Origin: a virus
Direction: 5' to 3' (one strand)
IMG/VR virus record: IMGVR_UViG_3300045988_176248
Span: 1-41,244 of that record
DNA length: 41,244 bases
How positions within the stretch are numbered: position 1 is the first letter of the stretch; each line of letters starts with the position of its first letter. A program made the translations under genes and the position numbers. A model generated the notes under the pieces. That model made no database searches. It had not been told where the DNA came from and was given only the letters and a program-made list of their open reading frames with translations. Of the stretch, positions 19,068 through 29,062 are shown piece by piece.

Positions 19068-19628
19068 ATGACAAATGTATTACAAGAAAGATTAGATGAT
19101 TGTATCAGCACATTACTCAAGTACCCAAATTTATTCGGGGCGGAAATTAACTCATTGAAGTTAATTAACCAGTATGGCAAAAAGCCAGTCTGGCAAACCA
19201 GGGCTATTAGCGGTGCTATGTTTAATGCAGTCGAATTAACTTTCGGAATACCAACAACTTACTATGAAGTAAAGCGAATATTCACAGAAAATGAAGTTCC
19301 AAACTTACTTGACTGCTACAAACTTCAGCTAGAGTGGATGGAAAAATTCGGCCCGGTTAAAGAAGTTTACCGCTTTGCCAGTGCCGACGATATGTTCAAA
19401 ATGTGCCAGTACATTAGCCAACGAGGCTTACGTGGCAGCATAAGTTACTGCTCAGGGGAAGATAATCAAACACCGGCAGTCATCTTAATGGACTTTTATT
19501 CTAATGTGGGCGAAACAAGGGCAATTAACAGAACCACCATACTTTGCCCCGATTGGGTAATGGAGCGTGAATATTTGGACGAGGCAATTAGCGAACTTTT
19601 AGAAAAGCGCCCTGACTTGACAAATTAA
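19068..19628 (+). CDS. Hypothetical protein
   Basis: 186-aa ORF starting 1 nt after the polymerase stop. SD gaaagga. Confidence 0.7.
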   Translation: MTNVLQERLDDCISTLLKYPNLFGAEINSLKLINQYGKKPVWQTRAISGAMFNAVELTFGIPTTYYEVKRIFTENEVPNLLDCYKLQLEWMEKFGPVKEVYRFASADDMFKMCQYISQRGLRGSISYCSGEDNQTPAVILMDFYSNVGETRAINRTTILCPDWVMEREYLDEAISELLEKRPDLTN

Positions 19629-19708
19629 AGAAAATGAATTATTATGTAAGGGTACCACCAAGCCGGTACATTTGTTTTAACTCAATTAACATAAGAAAGG
19701 AAATTAAG

Positions 19709-19900
19709 ATGGCAGAAGTAATTAAGACTGCGGCTCCGATGTGGGCAGATGACTATGATAGCCTAGTTGAATTGCTTGAGTCTATCGGCGACGGGACTTA
19801 TGATAGTCAGACTATTGCTCCTGAGTTGTGCCAGATTCCGCCGCACGTAGCTAAGCTGCTGGCTGCTGAGTTGGTAGCGCTTAAACCGGCAGCTGCTTAA
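19709..19900 (+). CDS. Small hypothetical acidic protein (63 aa)
   Basis: The internal ATG at 19709 carries SD gaaaggaaattaagATG. The track start at 19634 lacks one. Confidence 0.5.
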   Translation: MAEVIKTAAPMWADDYDSLVELLESIGDGTYDSQTIAPELCQIPPHVAKLLAAELVALKPAAA

Positions 19901-19978
19901 CTCTTAAAGTTAATGTACGGTAAAGTGCGAGGGCGGCCTTCGAGGTTCGCCCTCCATTAAGAAAGGAATATCATTAAG

Positions 19979-21226
19979 ATGCGCATACATAACAAGTTAA
20001 TTAAGCGCTTCATTGAACTAAATCAACATACAGAAGCTCCTGAGCTTTTCCTTGTATGGAGCTTACTTGGAATAGCATCTGCTTGTGCCGCTCGGGAAGT
20101 ATCCTTTCAATTAGGTGATACTACAATTTGGCCCAATCAGATGATACTCTTAGTTGGCAACGCAGGAGTCAGGAAGTCAACGGTGATAAATACGATAAAA
20201 CCGCTAATTCCCAGCTATGTTACTTTAGCCCCTAATGAACTTGAGGCCGGAAGTAACGGCTTGGTTCAATTTATGGCCGGCATCACCAATGTTCAGCAGA
20301 AGCGCCTCGAAAAGAAGTTACTTAAGTATGAGCACATAGTACCAGAAGATGAAATAAGCGACCTGTTAAATTCAGACACAAGTAACATAGAATGTAAAGT
20401 AAGAAGCAAGAATTTCAGCACTCCATTAATCTTAAATAGTGAATTTAGTACCTTTGCAGGAACCGGCTCGTTTAAGTTATTCACAACACTGAGCCACTTG
20501 TGGGACGGCTCAGATTATAATAGGCAAGGAATAGAAATTAAAGAACCTTTAATTAACATCTTATCAGCCATAACTCCAGCAACTCTGGCCAAAATTTTGC
20601 CACCCGAGCAAATGGAGCAGGGCTTCGTAAGTAGGTGCATATTTGTATATGGCTCTAAGGAAAAGCAGATTCCGCGCCCGAGATTTTTCACGCCCGATAA
20701 AATGCCAGAGTTAATTGACGCCTTCAAGAACATTGAGTTTGTATACCACAACACGACATTTGATGAAACACCAGAAGCAGCAGAATTTTTAGATAACCTC
20801 TATATGTTAAATAAGCAAGTCAAAGATTTTCGCTTCACGTATTACAACGCGCGGCGACATATACACTTAATTAAGACGGCAATGTCAATCGCCATCTTAT
20901 CAAACAGCACTACATTAACAAAAGAAATCTATGAAGATGCCGATGAGATTCTGAGCACAACGGAGGCGCTAATGCCAGAAGCACTTGGTGAATATGGATT
21001 GAGTAAATTGAGCGAGGCTAAGCAGAAGCTGCTTGATTACATCAGGCAGTCAGAGGCCCCAATTACCTATACAGAACTTAGCCGCCTCGCCGCTAAGGAT
21101 ATGAGGGACGCTGACTTCAGTGCCATTTTGCAAGGCTTTGTCAATGAGAAGAAAGTGTTTACTTGGGTTGGTGCCAACAATGTGCGCTTCTACTCGACGG
21201 CCAAATCTTCGATGAATCTTCAATGA
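19979..21226 (+). CDS. P-loop NTPase, VirE/D5-like: putative replicative helicase or primase-associated ATPase
   Basis: Walker A LLVGNAGVRKST and a candidate Walker B LILNSEF. 415 aa, sits after the polymerase as in polA-VirE modules. The family assignment is tentative. Confidence 0.45.
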   Translation: MRIHNKLIKRFIELNQHTEAPELFLVWSLLGIASACAAREVSFQLGDTTIWPNQMILLVGNAGVRKSTVINTIKPLIPSYVTLAPNELEAGSNGLVQFMAGITNVQQKRLEKKLLKYEHIVPEDEISDLLNSDTSNIECKVRSKNFSTPLILNSEFSTFAGTGSFKLFTTLSHLWDGSDYNRQGIEIKEPLINILSAITPATLAKILPPEQMEQGFVSRCIFVYGSKEKQIPRPRFFTPDKMPELIDAFKNIEFVYHNTTFDETPEAAEFLDNLYMLNKQVKDFRFTYYNARRHIHLIKTAMSIAILSNSTTLTKEIYEDADEILSTTEALMPEALGEYGLSKLSEAKQKLLDYIRQSEAPITYTELSRLAAKDMRDADFSAILQGFVNEKKVFTWVGANNVRFYSTAKSSMNLQ

Positions 21227-21247
21227 ACTTAGGAAAGGCAATTAACT

Positions 21248-21898
21248 ATGGGAATAGATAAGCGACGCTTGGTTATAAGCGCCATAACTAAACGAATCCA
21301 GACGTACTGGCCGGAGCTCAAAATTTCGCGGAACACAATTTACTTGTACTACCTAATTGAGGGCTGGTCAGACATACTGTACACAGATACCACTGGAAAC
21401 CAGACAATTGGGTTGGGACATAAATTAACAGCCGAGGACAAATTGCGCCTTGAGAAAGGCCTGCAACTCGGCCGTGAGCAACTTGTCTGCTGGGCCGCTA
21501 ATGATATTGTGAAGTCAATTAACTTGGCAGAAACACAGCCCGAGTACAAGAGCAAGGTCATCAGGCCAGTCTTCGGCTACTTGATATTCAACTTAGGGCA
21601 CTATGGATTTTCGAAGTTCGTTAACTTCCGAGCTGCGGCCCTCAAGTTTCAGGAAATGATGACAGATGTTAATGCACTTAAAATGCTCAATGAACTCGCA
21701 GACTCAAAGTGGGCCACGCAAGTTCCTCGGGCTTTGCGCATCATCTCGAATTATGTGCTAAGGGGTGAGGTAACAGCTAATTATCTTGACGAAGCAGATT
21801 ACCACTTCAAAGGTGAGAAGATTCACCCGAATCTCCGAGAGGCCGCTTTTCGAGAACCAAGTTACTTTAACCTACCCGCTCAACAGGAAGTTAAGTGA
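21248..21898 (+). CDS. Endolysin, T4-type lysozyme (GH24)
   Basis: LIEGWSDILYTDTTGNQTIGLGH matches the E-x8-D-x5-T catalytic pattern of T4 lysozyme (compare [22 protein letters not shown]). No N-terminal hydrophobic SAR or signal segment. Confidence 0.9.
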   Translation: MGIDKRRLVISAITKRIQTYWPELKISRNTIYLYYLIEGWSDILYTDTTGNQTIGLGHKLTAEDKLRLEKGLQLGREQLVCWAANDIVKSINLAETQPEYKSKVIRPVFGYLIFNLGHYGFSKFVNFRAAALKFQEMMTDVNALKMLNELADSKWATQVPRALRIISNYVLRGEVTANYLDEADYHFKGEKIHPNLREAAFREPSYFNLPAQQEVK

Positions 21899-21909
21899 GC
21901 AAAAAGAAA

Positions 21910-21944
21910 GGGTGGAATCAATTAAGATTCCACCCTATTTTTGT
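21910..21944. terminator. Bidirectional Rho-independent terminator between the convergent blocks
   Basis: 10-bp stem gggtggaatc / gattccaccc with loop aattaa. Flanked by aaaaagaaa on the left and tatttttgt on the right. A second small GTGCAC hairpin follows. Confidence 0.85.
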
Positions 21945-21981
21945 GTGCACAGAGTGCACTTTATTTGCGACCGTAGGTCGC

Positions 21982-24900
21982 TTAGTCTTCTAGTGGCTCG
22001 AACAAGTCCCTGTACGCTTCATAGGAAGAGGCGCTCATTAACTTCTGCAAGTCATTGAAGGCCTCGACGCTCTGTTGCGACCCAAGTAACTCAATCTGCC
22101 GGTCAACCTTAGTCATCGTAGCAGCATTGTACTGCGCCTGCGCCCAAGGTATGAAGGCGTCAATTGAGCCGCCAGACTTAATGTAGCCCTCGAATGCTTG
22201 AGTGATTAAGTCGGTATCAATCTGCACGTTACCTGACCGCAAGAACCTAAAGCCGGCCTTAAACGCCTTTCGAAGGTCATTAAGTTTCTCCTGGTTAATT
22301 GCGTCCCTAGCCCGCATTCGGGATTCGAGGCGCCAATTTTCTGCTTGCTCAATTGAGTTGAAACCAAGTGCAGTAACTAGGCTGTTAATCCGCTGGATAT
22401 TACCATTACGGTCAACTGAGTAAGTAAACTCATTCCCGTTCTCATCATACATCTGGTTGCCCAATTTAGCAAAAGCTCTAATTGACGACACCGGCGAATA
22501 CTGGCTAATTAACTCTTGAAGCCGATGAGCGCTCAGGCCAACTTCGCTCTTCATTGCCCCATACATATCCTTAACCAAATTAACAGAATCGTCCAGCATT
22601 GACATAACAGGGCTAATGTCTTGCAATGTGAACGAACCGTTAATTGGCAAGAAGCCTCCAGTAACAGGGTCGATATCACCGCGGGTACTTAGGTCAGTAT
22701 CGACAAGTGAGCCTAGGGTGTACATTGCGGCCCGAGCAGCGGAGTCGCTTCCCAAGGCATTTCTCAAGTAACTATAAGTATCCTCTTCGCCCTCCACGGG
22801 GAAAATTACATTCTGCATTACTTGACTAAACGGAAGTGAATTGAGCCCGAAAGTCAAGTACTGCGTCAAAAATGCTTTCAGCACTGAGGCGTTTCCCAGA
22901 GAGTAGGCGTCAAGTAACTGTTGCATTACATTGAGCTTATAGGTCTTAAAGGTTCCAAGCAGCGCAGGAACAGCACCTCTGTATACATTGGGTTTATTCA
23001 GCACGCTGTAATTACCAACAACGTTATCAGAGAACTGCTTAGCAAAGATGAACCTCATTTGCTGAGTCTTCAAGCCAGCGCGTCCAGCAAGTTCGTAGCC
23101 CATCAGGAAGCTGAAAGACCTACTTAACTCTTCCGTCTGGTCGGCGGCCGCTGTAGCACCCTTGTTAATTAACTTCAAAGCCTGCTTGAACAGCCCAGAA
23201 TCAGAGGCTACTTTAGTCGGCTCGAATACAATGTCGCGAAGCATATTAGCATCTCGGCTAACATACCCTTGCTTCTCGGCCAGCTGAAGAATCGCCTTGC
23301 CTTTCTTTGTAAACTGTTTCTTCATTGACTCGAAAAAAGCACCAAGCCAATCAACAGTGCCCCAACGCTGAGTCATATCAACTTCGCGCCCGTAGAAGCC
23401 GACTCTAGCAGCATAGCTAGAGGCGTCTTCCCACTTAGTCGGGTTAAGCGACATGGTAGCAAAGTGGCTCATCGGTATAACACCAAGTACATTAAGTACC
23501 GCCTGACTCATGCGCCCAAAGCGAAGCAAGCTCCAGTTCACAAGTTGCTGAAGTTTATGCGTTACTCCAAGCGCATTGGCTTTTGGCAGCTTCCCAATTA
23601 CATTGCTCATCAGCTTCTGCTCGTCGGCAATTTTCAAGTCCTTGGCAATTTGGTCATTCAACTTACTTGAGTGCAAATCGCACATTGAACTATAAAAGCT
23701 GTCGACTACTTCGTTGAACTTCTGCACTGTCGGCGAGGTATTTACGGAGCGGCCGTTCAGTAAGTTAATGTACTCGTGAATCGCCGTCCGAACCTCAGGA
23801 GAGGTGCCAGCATTCTCACCAAGCATCTTGGCGTACTGTGCTTCTCGGTTGAAGAACGCCCCTTGGTACATCTTGCCCAAACCTTGGCCGCGCTTAATTA
23901 AGTCATTGTACAAAGTCGAGGCAATGTCCGGGTCGTATTCAAAGGCCAAGCCAATTGACGTCCTGTCCAAGCGCCCGCTGTTATACTTCAACTTGCTGTA
24001 CTCACCAGAGGCATTAACCCAACCGAGCCACTCTTCATCGGGGTCAATTAAGTGGTCGCGCTGAACGTCGGCCCGAGATTTCACCTGTAGCTTAGAACCC
24101 TTGCCGGCCCACATAGGTGAGTACTGATTGAGAAGTTCAAGTTCCTTAGCTGTGGCCGCTTTCAGCTCCTTGGCCGAATTTGCGGTTACGGTGCTAATTA
24201 ACTGGTCACCATCATAGATGAAATTAACTTCAGAGCCCAATTTGTTGGCAATGTGGAAAGGTTGCGTATACTGTGCATTGCCTCCAAATGCCCTAACAAT
24301 CTTCTTGCGGCCGCTGTACAGCTCATTGTTAATTGACTTATACAAGTTAAGGAACTCTTGAGTAGATTCACCCAGCTCCAATGTTTTGCCCTCTGCTATG
24401 TTAGCTAAGTCCGGCAATTCGGTTATCTCAAGGTTGCGGTAGCGATTAGCTTGGTCAGGCGTGAGAAGCCCGAGCCGCTCAGCACGGTCAATGGCAATTG
24501 TGTTTCTCGTGGTAAGCATCTCGACTTCTTCTTCTCCAACTCGCTTAACTGTAGTCATCAGAGTGAAGTCATCGCCGATTTCGAAGCCCATCTTAGTTAA
24601 CTTGGCAAACTTATTAAGTTGCACTTTCTCAACTTCGCCGAGCTTCTCACCAACTTGCTTTAGCGGTTGCAGTCGGTCAGTAAGATACTTATACATAGAA
24701 TTGTTACTTAACTCTGTAAGCCGATTGACGGCTGCCATCGTAGTATCCCCAATGTAGTTATACATCTTACTGAACAGATTACCCAGTGCTCGCGGTAAAT
24801 GGCTTCCTACAATGTCATCAACTTGCCGAACTTGGTCAACAAGAGGATTCTTCGTGAACATATCCGCGAGGCCTTTCAGGGCCGGATTTCCTTGACCGAT

Positions 24901-27297
24901 GTCAATTAACTGCTGGCTGAAATTCGCGGCATTAGCTTCAGAGATGGCTCGAGCATTAAGCATCTGCTCATACTCATTAAGTTTAGCTGAGTCAACCTCA
25001 ATGACCAACTTATCCTGTGGGGTTAAGTCAAGCTTGTTCCAGCCAGCATCTCTGAGGCCACTTGACTTAACATCTCGATTAAGCTGTCCCTTAAAAAGCC
25101 GGCTCACAAACTTGGACTGGTCAGTAACTTCATAGCCGAATTTTTGCACTTCGGCAACTAAGTCATCAGCCAGACCTAAGTCTAATTTACGCAACAGGTA
25201 ATGCTTAGTAAATCTATCTGCCATAGTCCGGTAAGACTTCGGAGTGGCCAAAACCATCTTAGAGGCAATTTGCGGCTGATCTTCAATTAACTGTGTAAGT
25301 GCATTAGCGACCCACGGATTTTCGGGCGCCATTTTATCCATTGCTTCAATTATCTTCTTATTCACAAGCAAGCCCTCTTTGCTCACTTTACCCAGCTTCT
25401 CAGCATTAGCCTTAATTAAGTAAGCATAAGCTTCAGCGGTGTCAAAAGTCGGGGCAGTTACTCGAGGGTCAACAGTCAGAGTGTTAAGCAAGCCTTTTTT
25501 GCCAACACGATACTGCAAGAAACCAGAAGCATCTCTCGTGAAGTCACTTTTCTCGGCGTAGTCAATGAACCTCGGCTTGATTTGCGCGGCCGGAGTAACA
25601 GTGCCATCTTCATGAACCACAAAGTAGCTCTTCTGCGGATTTTTCTTAGCAAGGTCATTAACTTGGTTCAAGCTAATTGACTTCAAATTTTGGCCCTGCT
25701 TAGCAGGTTCATTTTTCAGCAAAGTCTTATAGTCCTTAATGCTGTCAGTAGCAGCTAGAAGCATCGGATTCTGGTCAGCTAAGTTACTCAGCACCAAAGC
25801 TTCGCGCGGATTTTTAGCCAGCTTCCCAAGTAACTGTTTACTCATTTGGTCGTTCATTGACTTCATTTGAGTCAATTCAGCTTTGGCATCAGAAAACAGC
25901 TTCGTGTCGATTTTGCCCTCAGCAAGTAAATTAGAAAGGTCAGCTGTAATAGCCTGCTCAACTTGAGCCAGCTGCCTACCAGATTCCTTAGCTGCAACAA
26001 AAGCAACCGAGTTATTAGAAACCTGTTCCCCGAAGGCGAAATTTGTGGTTGGCTTAATTGAAGCGCGCTGCTTGAACACTGAGTTAGCCTGGCGTGTAAG
26101 TTGATTAATTGTGTTTTTGGCTTGCCGCATCGTTGCGATGGTTTCAAAAGCGGTTCCACCAAGCAGCAATCCCCAAGACCACTTAGGCGACTCCTTATAT
26201 ACATTCAAGTATTCATCAACTGCTTTGCCATAAGAGTCTTCATAAGAAGCACCTAAGAATGCAAGTTCACCAACTCCAGCTCTGGTTGCGGCTTGGGCAA
26301 CATTGCGGCTAAGTGGAATAGCTAATTGAGTTGCCACCTCACCAATGGGCTTAATGCCAATAGAAGCTAATGAACTGGCTTTCTCATAAGCGGCCCACTG
26401 GCTTTTATTCCCATACCAACCTGCTTTAATACCCATAGCTCGATTGGTAATTCCCATTGCGCCTCCAATTGACGCAAGGTTCCCAAGGAACCGCCCTGCG
26501 AAAAGTTGGGCCTCGTTGGCCTCGTCAGCCTGACCGGTAATTGCCTCGGTTATAGCTGCGTAACTCTCAGCATCATCGCGGCCATTAAGTCCGATGAAAT
26601 CATAAGCTTGGTCAACTATATTGCGAAGTCCATGGAAATCACCTGATGCGCCGGTCGCTCTGCGGGCAGAGTTAATTAAGAAGTCCCCAATGTTAGCAGT
26701 AGCTTTAGGAGTATTCAGGGCCGCTAAGTAGCCGATTCCGGCAATTGACTTAGTAGTTTCAATTGCGCTCATATTTTCAGTTGCCACCTTTACACCAGCG
26801 ACAGTTTCACCAAGGCCTTCACCGGCAGAGTAAGTTGCTTTAGCAACATCAACAACAGCTTCTCCGACCGCTTTTCCAGCTTTAGCTGCTAATTGAGTCG
26901 GTAAGCTAATTGCGTCAACTAAAGAGCCAGCGCCCTTAATTAACTTATCCATAAAGCCGCCCTCGGGTTCTTTTGCGGCACCATTCGTAGCTTGCTCACT
27001 TTTAACAATATCTTCCTGAACTTTAGCATCAATGACCGGAGCTAGCAGCTCGTCCATTTCAACTTCATCAGGCATAACAGTTTGAGCCAGACCATCAGGA
27101 GTTGACTCGTAGTTCACAAGTAAGTCTTCAATAGCTGCTTGCTGCTCAGCCTGAAGTTGGGCTTCATTAACTTCACTAACCTGCTTAGCGACTCGCTCTT
27201 GCTTGGGCATCGCATCGTCAATTATCTCTTCTTTGACAAATTGCAGCTCAAGCAACTCTTCTATTTCAGGCGGCAGAGCTTCATTCACGTTTGCCAT
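21982..27297 (-). CDS. Giant virion protein (1771 aa): putative internal core / DNA-ejection protein, gp16-like by position. A tape-measure-like role is not excluded.
   Basis: Last gene of the late block, preceded by 206-aa and 587-aa genes, which mirrors the T7 gp14/15/16 size order. The N-terminal third is Gly/Ala-rich and hydrophobic. No catalytic motif recognised. Confidence 0.45.
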   Translation of the reverse strand: MANVNEALPPEIEELLELQFVKEEIIDDAMPKQERVAKQVSEVNEAQLQAEQQAAIEDLLVNYESTPDGLAQTVMPDEVEMDELLAPVIDAKVQEDIVKSEQATNGAAKEPEGGFMDKLIKGAGSLVDAISLPTQLAAKAGKAVGEAVVDVAKATYSAGEGLGETVAGVKVATENMSAIETTKSIAGIGYLAALNTPKATANIGDFLINSARRATGASGDFHGLRNIVDQAYDFIGLNGRDDAESYAAITEAITGQADEANEAQLFAGRFLGNLASIGGAMGITNRAMGIKAGWYGNKSQWAAYEKASSLASIGIKPIGEVATQLAIPLSRNVAQAATRAGVGELAFLGASYEDSYGKAVDEYLNVYKESPKWSWGLLLGGTAFETIATMRQAKNTINQLTRQANSVFKQRASIKPTTNFAFGEQVSNNSVAFVAAKESGRQLAQVEQAITADLSNLLAEGKIDTKLFSDAKAELTQMKSMNDQMSKQLLGKLAKNPREALVLSNLADQNPMLLAATDSIKDYKTLLKNEPAKQGQNLKSISLNQVNDLAKKNPQKSYFVVHEDGTVTPAAQIKPRFIDYAEKSDFTRDASGFLQYRVGKKGLLNTLTVDPRVTAPTFDTAEAYAYLIKANAEKLGKVSKEGLLVNKKIIEAMDKMAPENPWVANALTQLIEDQPQIASKMVLATPKSYRTMADRFTKHYLLRKLDLGLADDLVAEVQKFGYEVTDQSKFVSRLFKGQLNRDVKSSGLRDAGWNKLDLTPQDKLVIEVDSAKLNEYEQMLNARAISEANAANFSQQLIDIGQGNPALKGLADMFTKNPLVDQVRQVDDIVGSHLPRALGNLFSKMYNYIGDTTMAAVNRLTELSNNSMYKYLTDRLQPLKQVGEKLGEVEKVQLNKFAKLTKMGFEIGDDFTLMTTVKRVGEEEVEMLTTRNTIAIDRAERLGLLTPDQANRYRNLEITELPDLANIAEGKTLELGESTQEFLNLYKSINNELYSGRKKIVRAFGGNAQYTQPFHIANKLGSEVNFIYDGDQLISTVTANSAKELKAATAKELELLNQYSPMWAGKGSKLQVKSRADVQRDHLIDPDEEWLGWVNASGEYSKLKYNSGRLDRTSIGLAFEYDPDIASTLYNDLIKRGQGLGKMYQGAFFNREAQYAKMLGENAGTSPEVRTAIHEYINLLNGRSVNTSPTVQKFNEVVDSFYSSMCDLHSSKLNDQIAKDLKIADEQKLMSNVIGKLPKANALGVTHKLQQLVNWSLLRFGRMSQAVLNVLGVIPMSHFATMSLNPTKWEDASSYAARVGFYGREVDMTQRWGTVDWLGAFFESMKKQFTKKGKAILQLAEKQGYVSRDANMLRDIVFEPTKVASDSGLFKQALKLINKGATAAADQTEELSRSFSFLMGYELAGRAGLKTQQMRFIFAKQFSDNVVGNYSVLNKPNVYRGAVPALLGTFKTYKLNVMQQLLDAYSLGNASVLKAFLTQYLTFGLNSLPFSQVMQNVIFPVEGEEDTYSYLRNALGSDSAARAAMYTLGSLVDTDLSTRGDIDPVTGGFLPINGSFTLQDISPVMSMLDDSVNLVKDMYGAMKSEVGLSAHRLQELISQYSPVSSIRAFAKLGNQMYDENGNEFTYSVDRNGNIQRINSLVTALGFNSIEQAENWRLESRMRARDAINQEKLNDLRKAFKAGFRFLRSGNVQIDTDLITQAFEGYIKSGGSIDAFIPWAQAQYNAATMTKVDRQIELLGSQQSVEAFNDLQKLMSASSYEAYRDLFEPLED

Positions 27298-29044
27298 TAG
27301 ATGTACTCCTATTGTTAAGTTTACGAACAGACGCTGTTTGTCTGTTGCGGAACTGATTAATATTAGATGCTATTGTTGAAAGGTCATTAACAGCTGTCAA
27401 ACTTTTAATCCCATAGCTACCTCTAGCATATTGAACTCGCTTAGCTTCAACAAACATATTGGTAATCTCAGGAGATTCCAACACTTCATTAACTATAGCA
27501 TAAGTTTGCGACGTAATTACATTAATCTTCGCATACCTATCAGCTAAGAGCTTTAGCGCCTGAAGACCCGTAAGCGGATTTTTCAGCTGTCTGTTAATTG
27601 CCTCTTGCTGGTACAAGCTGACACCATTGAGCAAGGTGCCCAAATCAGGGTGCCCTTTTTCGGCTACTTCACCAAGGCGGCTAAGTGTAAAGTCAACGAA
27701 CTCTTGTTCAATACCTTGAGTAAAGTTATTAGTCTTAGAAGCCGCATTCACAGACTCTTCATAGATTTTGTCGAAGTTAATCTGGTTGAGATAGGCATTC
27801 TGGATATCCTTAGCAAAGCCACCTACATTGTTTCTAATTAACATATCTGCCATAAGAACATCAGTTGGACTTTCACTGTTAAATGCTCTCTTATTTTGCT
27901 GAGCAAATACATCAGCAACAGTATTACGAATGTTGTCAGGTAACTTGTTAAACTCCGATATTACTCTACCTTGATAACTTAATCTAGCATCTCGCAGAAT
28001 TTTGCCCTCAAGCGTAGCGGATTCATCAAACGGTACAGATTCATTTGCGGTTTCAAGGAAGTAATCAGCAGCTATGTTATTGTTCTGCGGAGTTAATACG
28101 CCACCATTGTTAATTGCCGCATCAAACACTTTCTGAGTTACTGGACTCAAGGTGCTTCTAATTTCCTTAAAACCTTCATCTGCTTCTTTATTAGCTGTCA
28201 CCCAGCTTTCTTTAAGTACCACAGGGTCACCAACTTTAAGGGCTTCTTCACCAGCATTAGCGGCAGCTTTAGCCGCAGTAAACTTAGGTTGCGTTGCGTA
28301 TTCGCCACCGTTAAATTGACTTGCCAAGTCAATCCGCTGTCTATTAGAATCCCTGTAAATGTTATAATGCGGTTGCCAAGCTTCAGCTACTTTAGTTCCG
28401 CCGCCACCACTACCACTAGCTTTGACCTTCTGCCCCGCTCTATAGACATCAGTTAAAAGGTCAGCTGTATTAGGTGTTGAAACACTAGAGCTAATTGTCT
28501 CTCTTTGTTCCATAAACTGCTTCTGCAAATTTGCAGCCCGCTGCTCATCAAAGGGGTTAGTCCCAGTGGCCAGCATCATACGGGCGGTGTAATTAAGGTC
28601 TTTCTGCTCTTTCTGCTTACTTAACTCGTTAAGTTGATTGTCCACTCTGGCAAGGTCTTGCTGATACTCAATGTCACCGGTGGCTAAGAATGGCAAGAGT
28701 ACCTTGAGCGACCCTGGGATTTTAGAGCTAATTGAGTTATCATACTCCTTGCGGATTTCATCTTTACGGTTAAGTAACTGCAAGGCCATTTCACTGGTAT
28801 CAATGTCATCTTGAAGCTTAGCTCTATTAAGCGCTTCTTGATGAGTGCTGTTAATTGAGTTGGCTTGGTCAATGTACTCCTGGGCCAAAGCGGCGCCTAC
28901 TGGAGATTGGGCGGCATCAAGTTCCTTGAACGTGTTTTGCGGCTTCGAGCTACTCCACGAATAAGGAACTTTCTCGTGCTCAACAATATAATTAACCAAG
29001 GCCTCTTCTGTCAACGGATTTAATTTACTGTTATTTTCAGCCAT
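27281..29044 (-). CDS. Putative internal virion protein (gp15-like by position)
   Basis: 587-aa ORF with SD aaggag. Its stop overlaps the start of the 1771-aa gene by 17 nt. Confidence 0.4.
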   Translation of the reverse strand: MAENNSKLNPLTEEALVNYIVEHEKVPYSWSSSKPQNTFKELDAAQSPVGAALAQEYIDQANSINSTHQEALNRAKLQDDIDTSEMALQLLNRKDEIRKEYDNSISSKIPGSLKVLLPFLATGDIEYQQDLARVDNQLNELSKQKEQKDLNYTARMMLATGTNPFDEQRAANLQKQFMEQRETISSSVSTPNTADLLTDVYRAGQKVKASGSGGGGTKVAEAWQPHYNIYRDSNRQRIDLASQFNGGEYATQPKFTAAKAAANAGEEALKVGDPVVLKESWVTANKEADEGFKEIRSTLSPVTQKVFDAAINNGGVLTPQNNNIAADYFLETANESVPFDESATLEGKILRDARLSYQGRVISEFNKLPDNIRNTVADVFAQQNKRAFNSESPTDVLMADMLIRNNVGGFAKDIQNAYLNQINFDKIYEESVNAASKTNNFTQGIEQEFVDFTLSRLGEVAEKGHPDLGTLLNGVSLYQQEAINRQLKNPLTGLQALKLLADRYAKINVITSQTYAIVNEVLESPEITNMFVEAKRVQYARGSYGIKSLTAVNDLSTIASNINQFRNRQTASVRKLNNRSTSNGKRE

Positions 29045-29062
29045 AACTTAATCTCCTTCAAA

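Noticed and set aside
24205-24216. YDGD in the 1771-aa protein (VNFIYDGDQ) as a possible NADFDGD-like two-barrel RNA polymerase metal site
   Set aside because: Only two of the three aspartates are present, I could see no other RNAP motif, and the phage has host-type sigma70 promoters. Probably coincidental. Only structure or profile searches could revive this.
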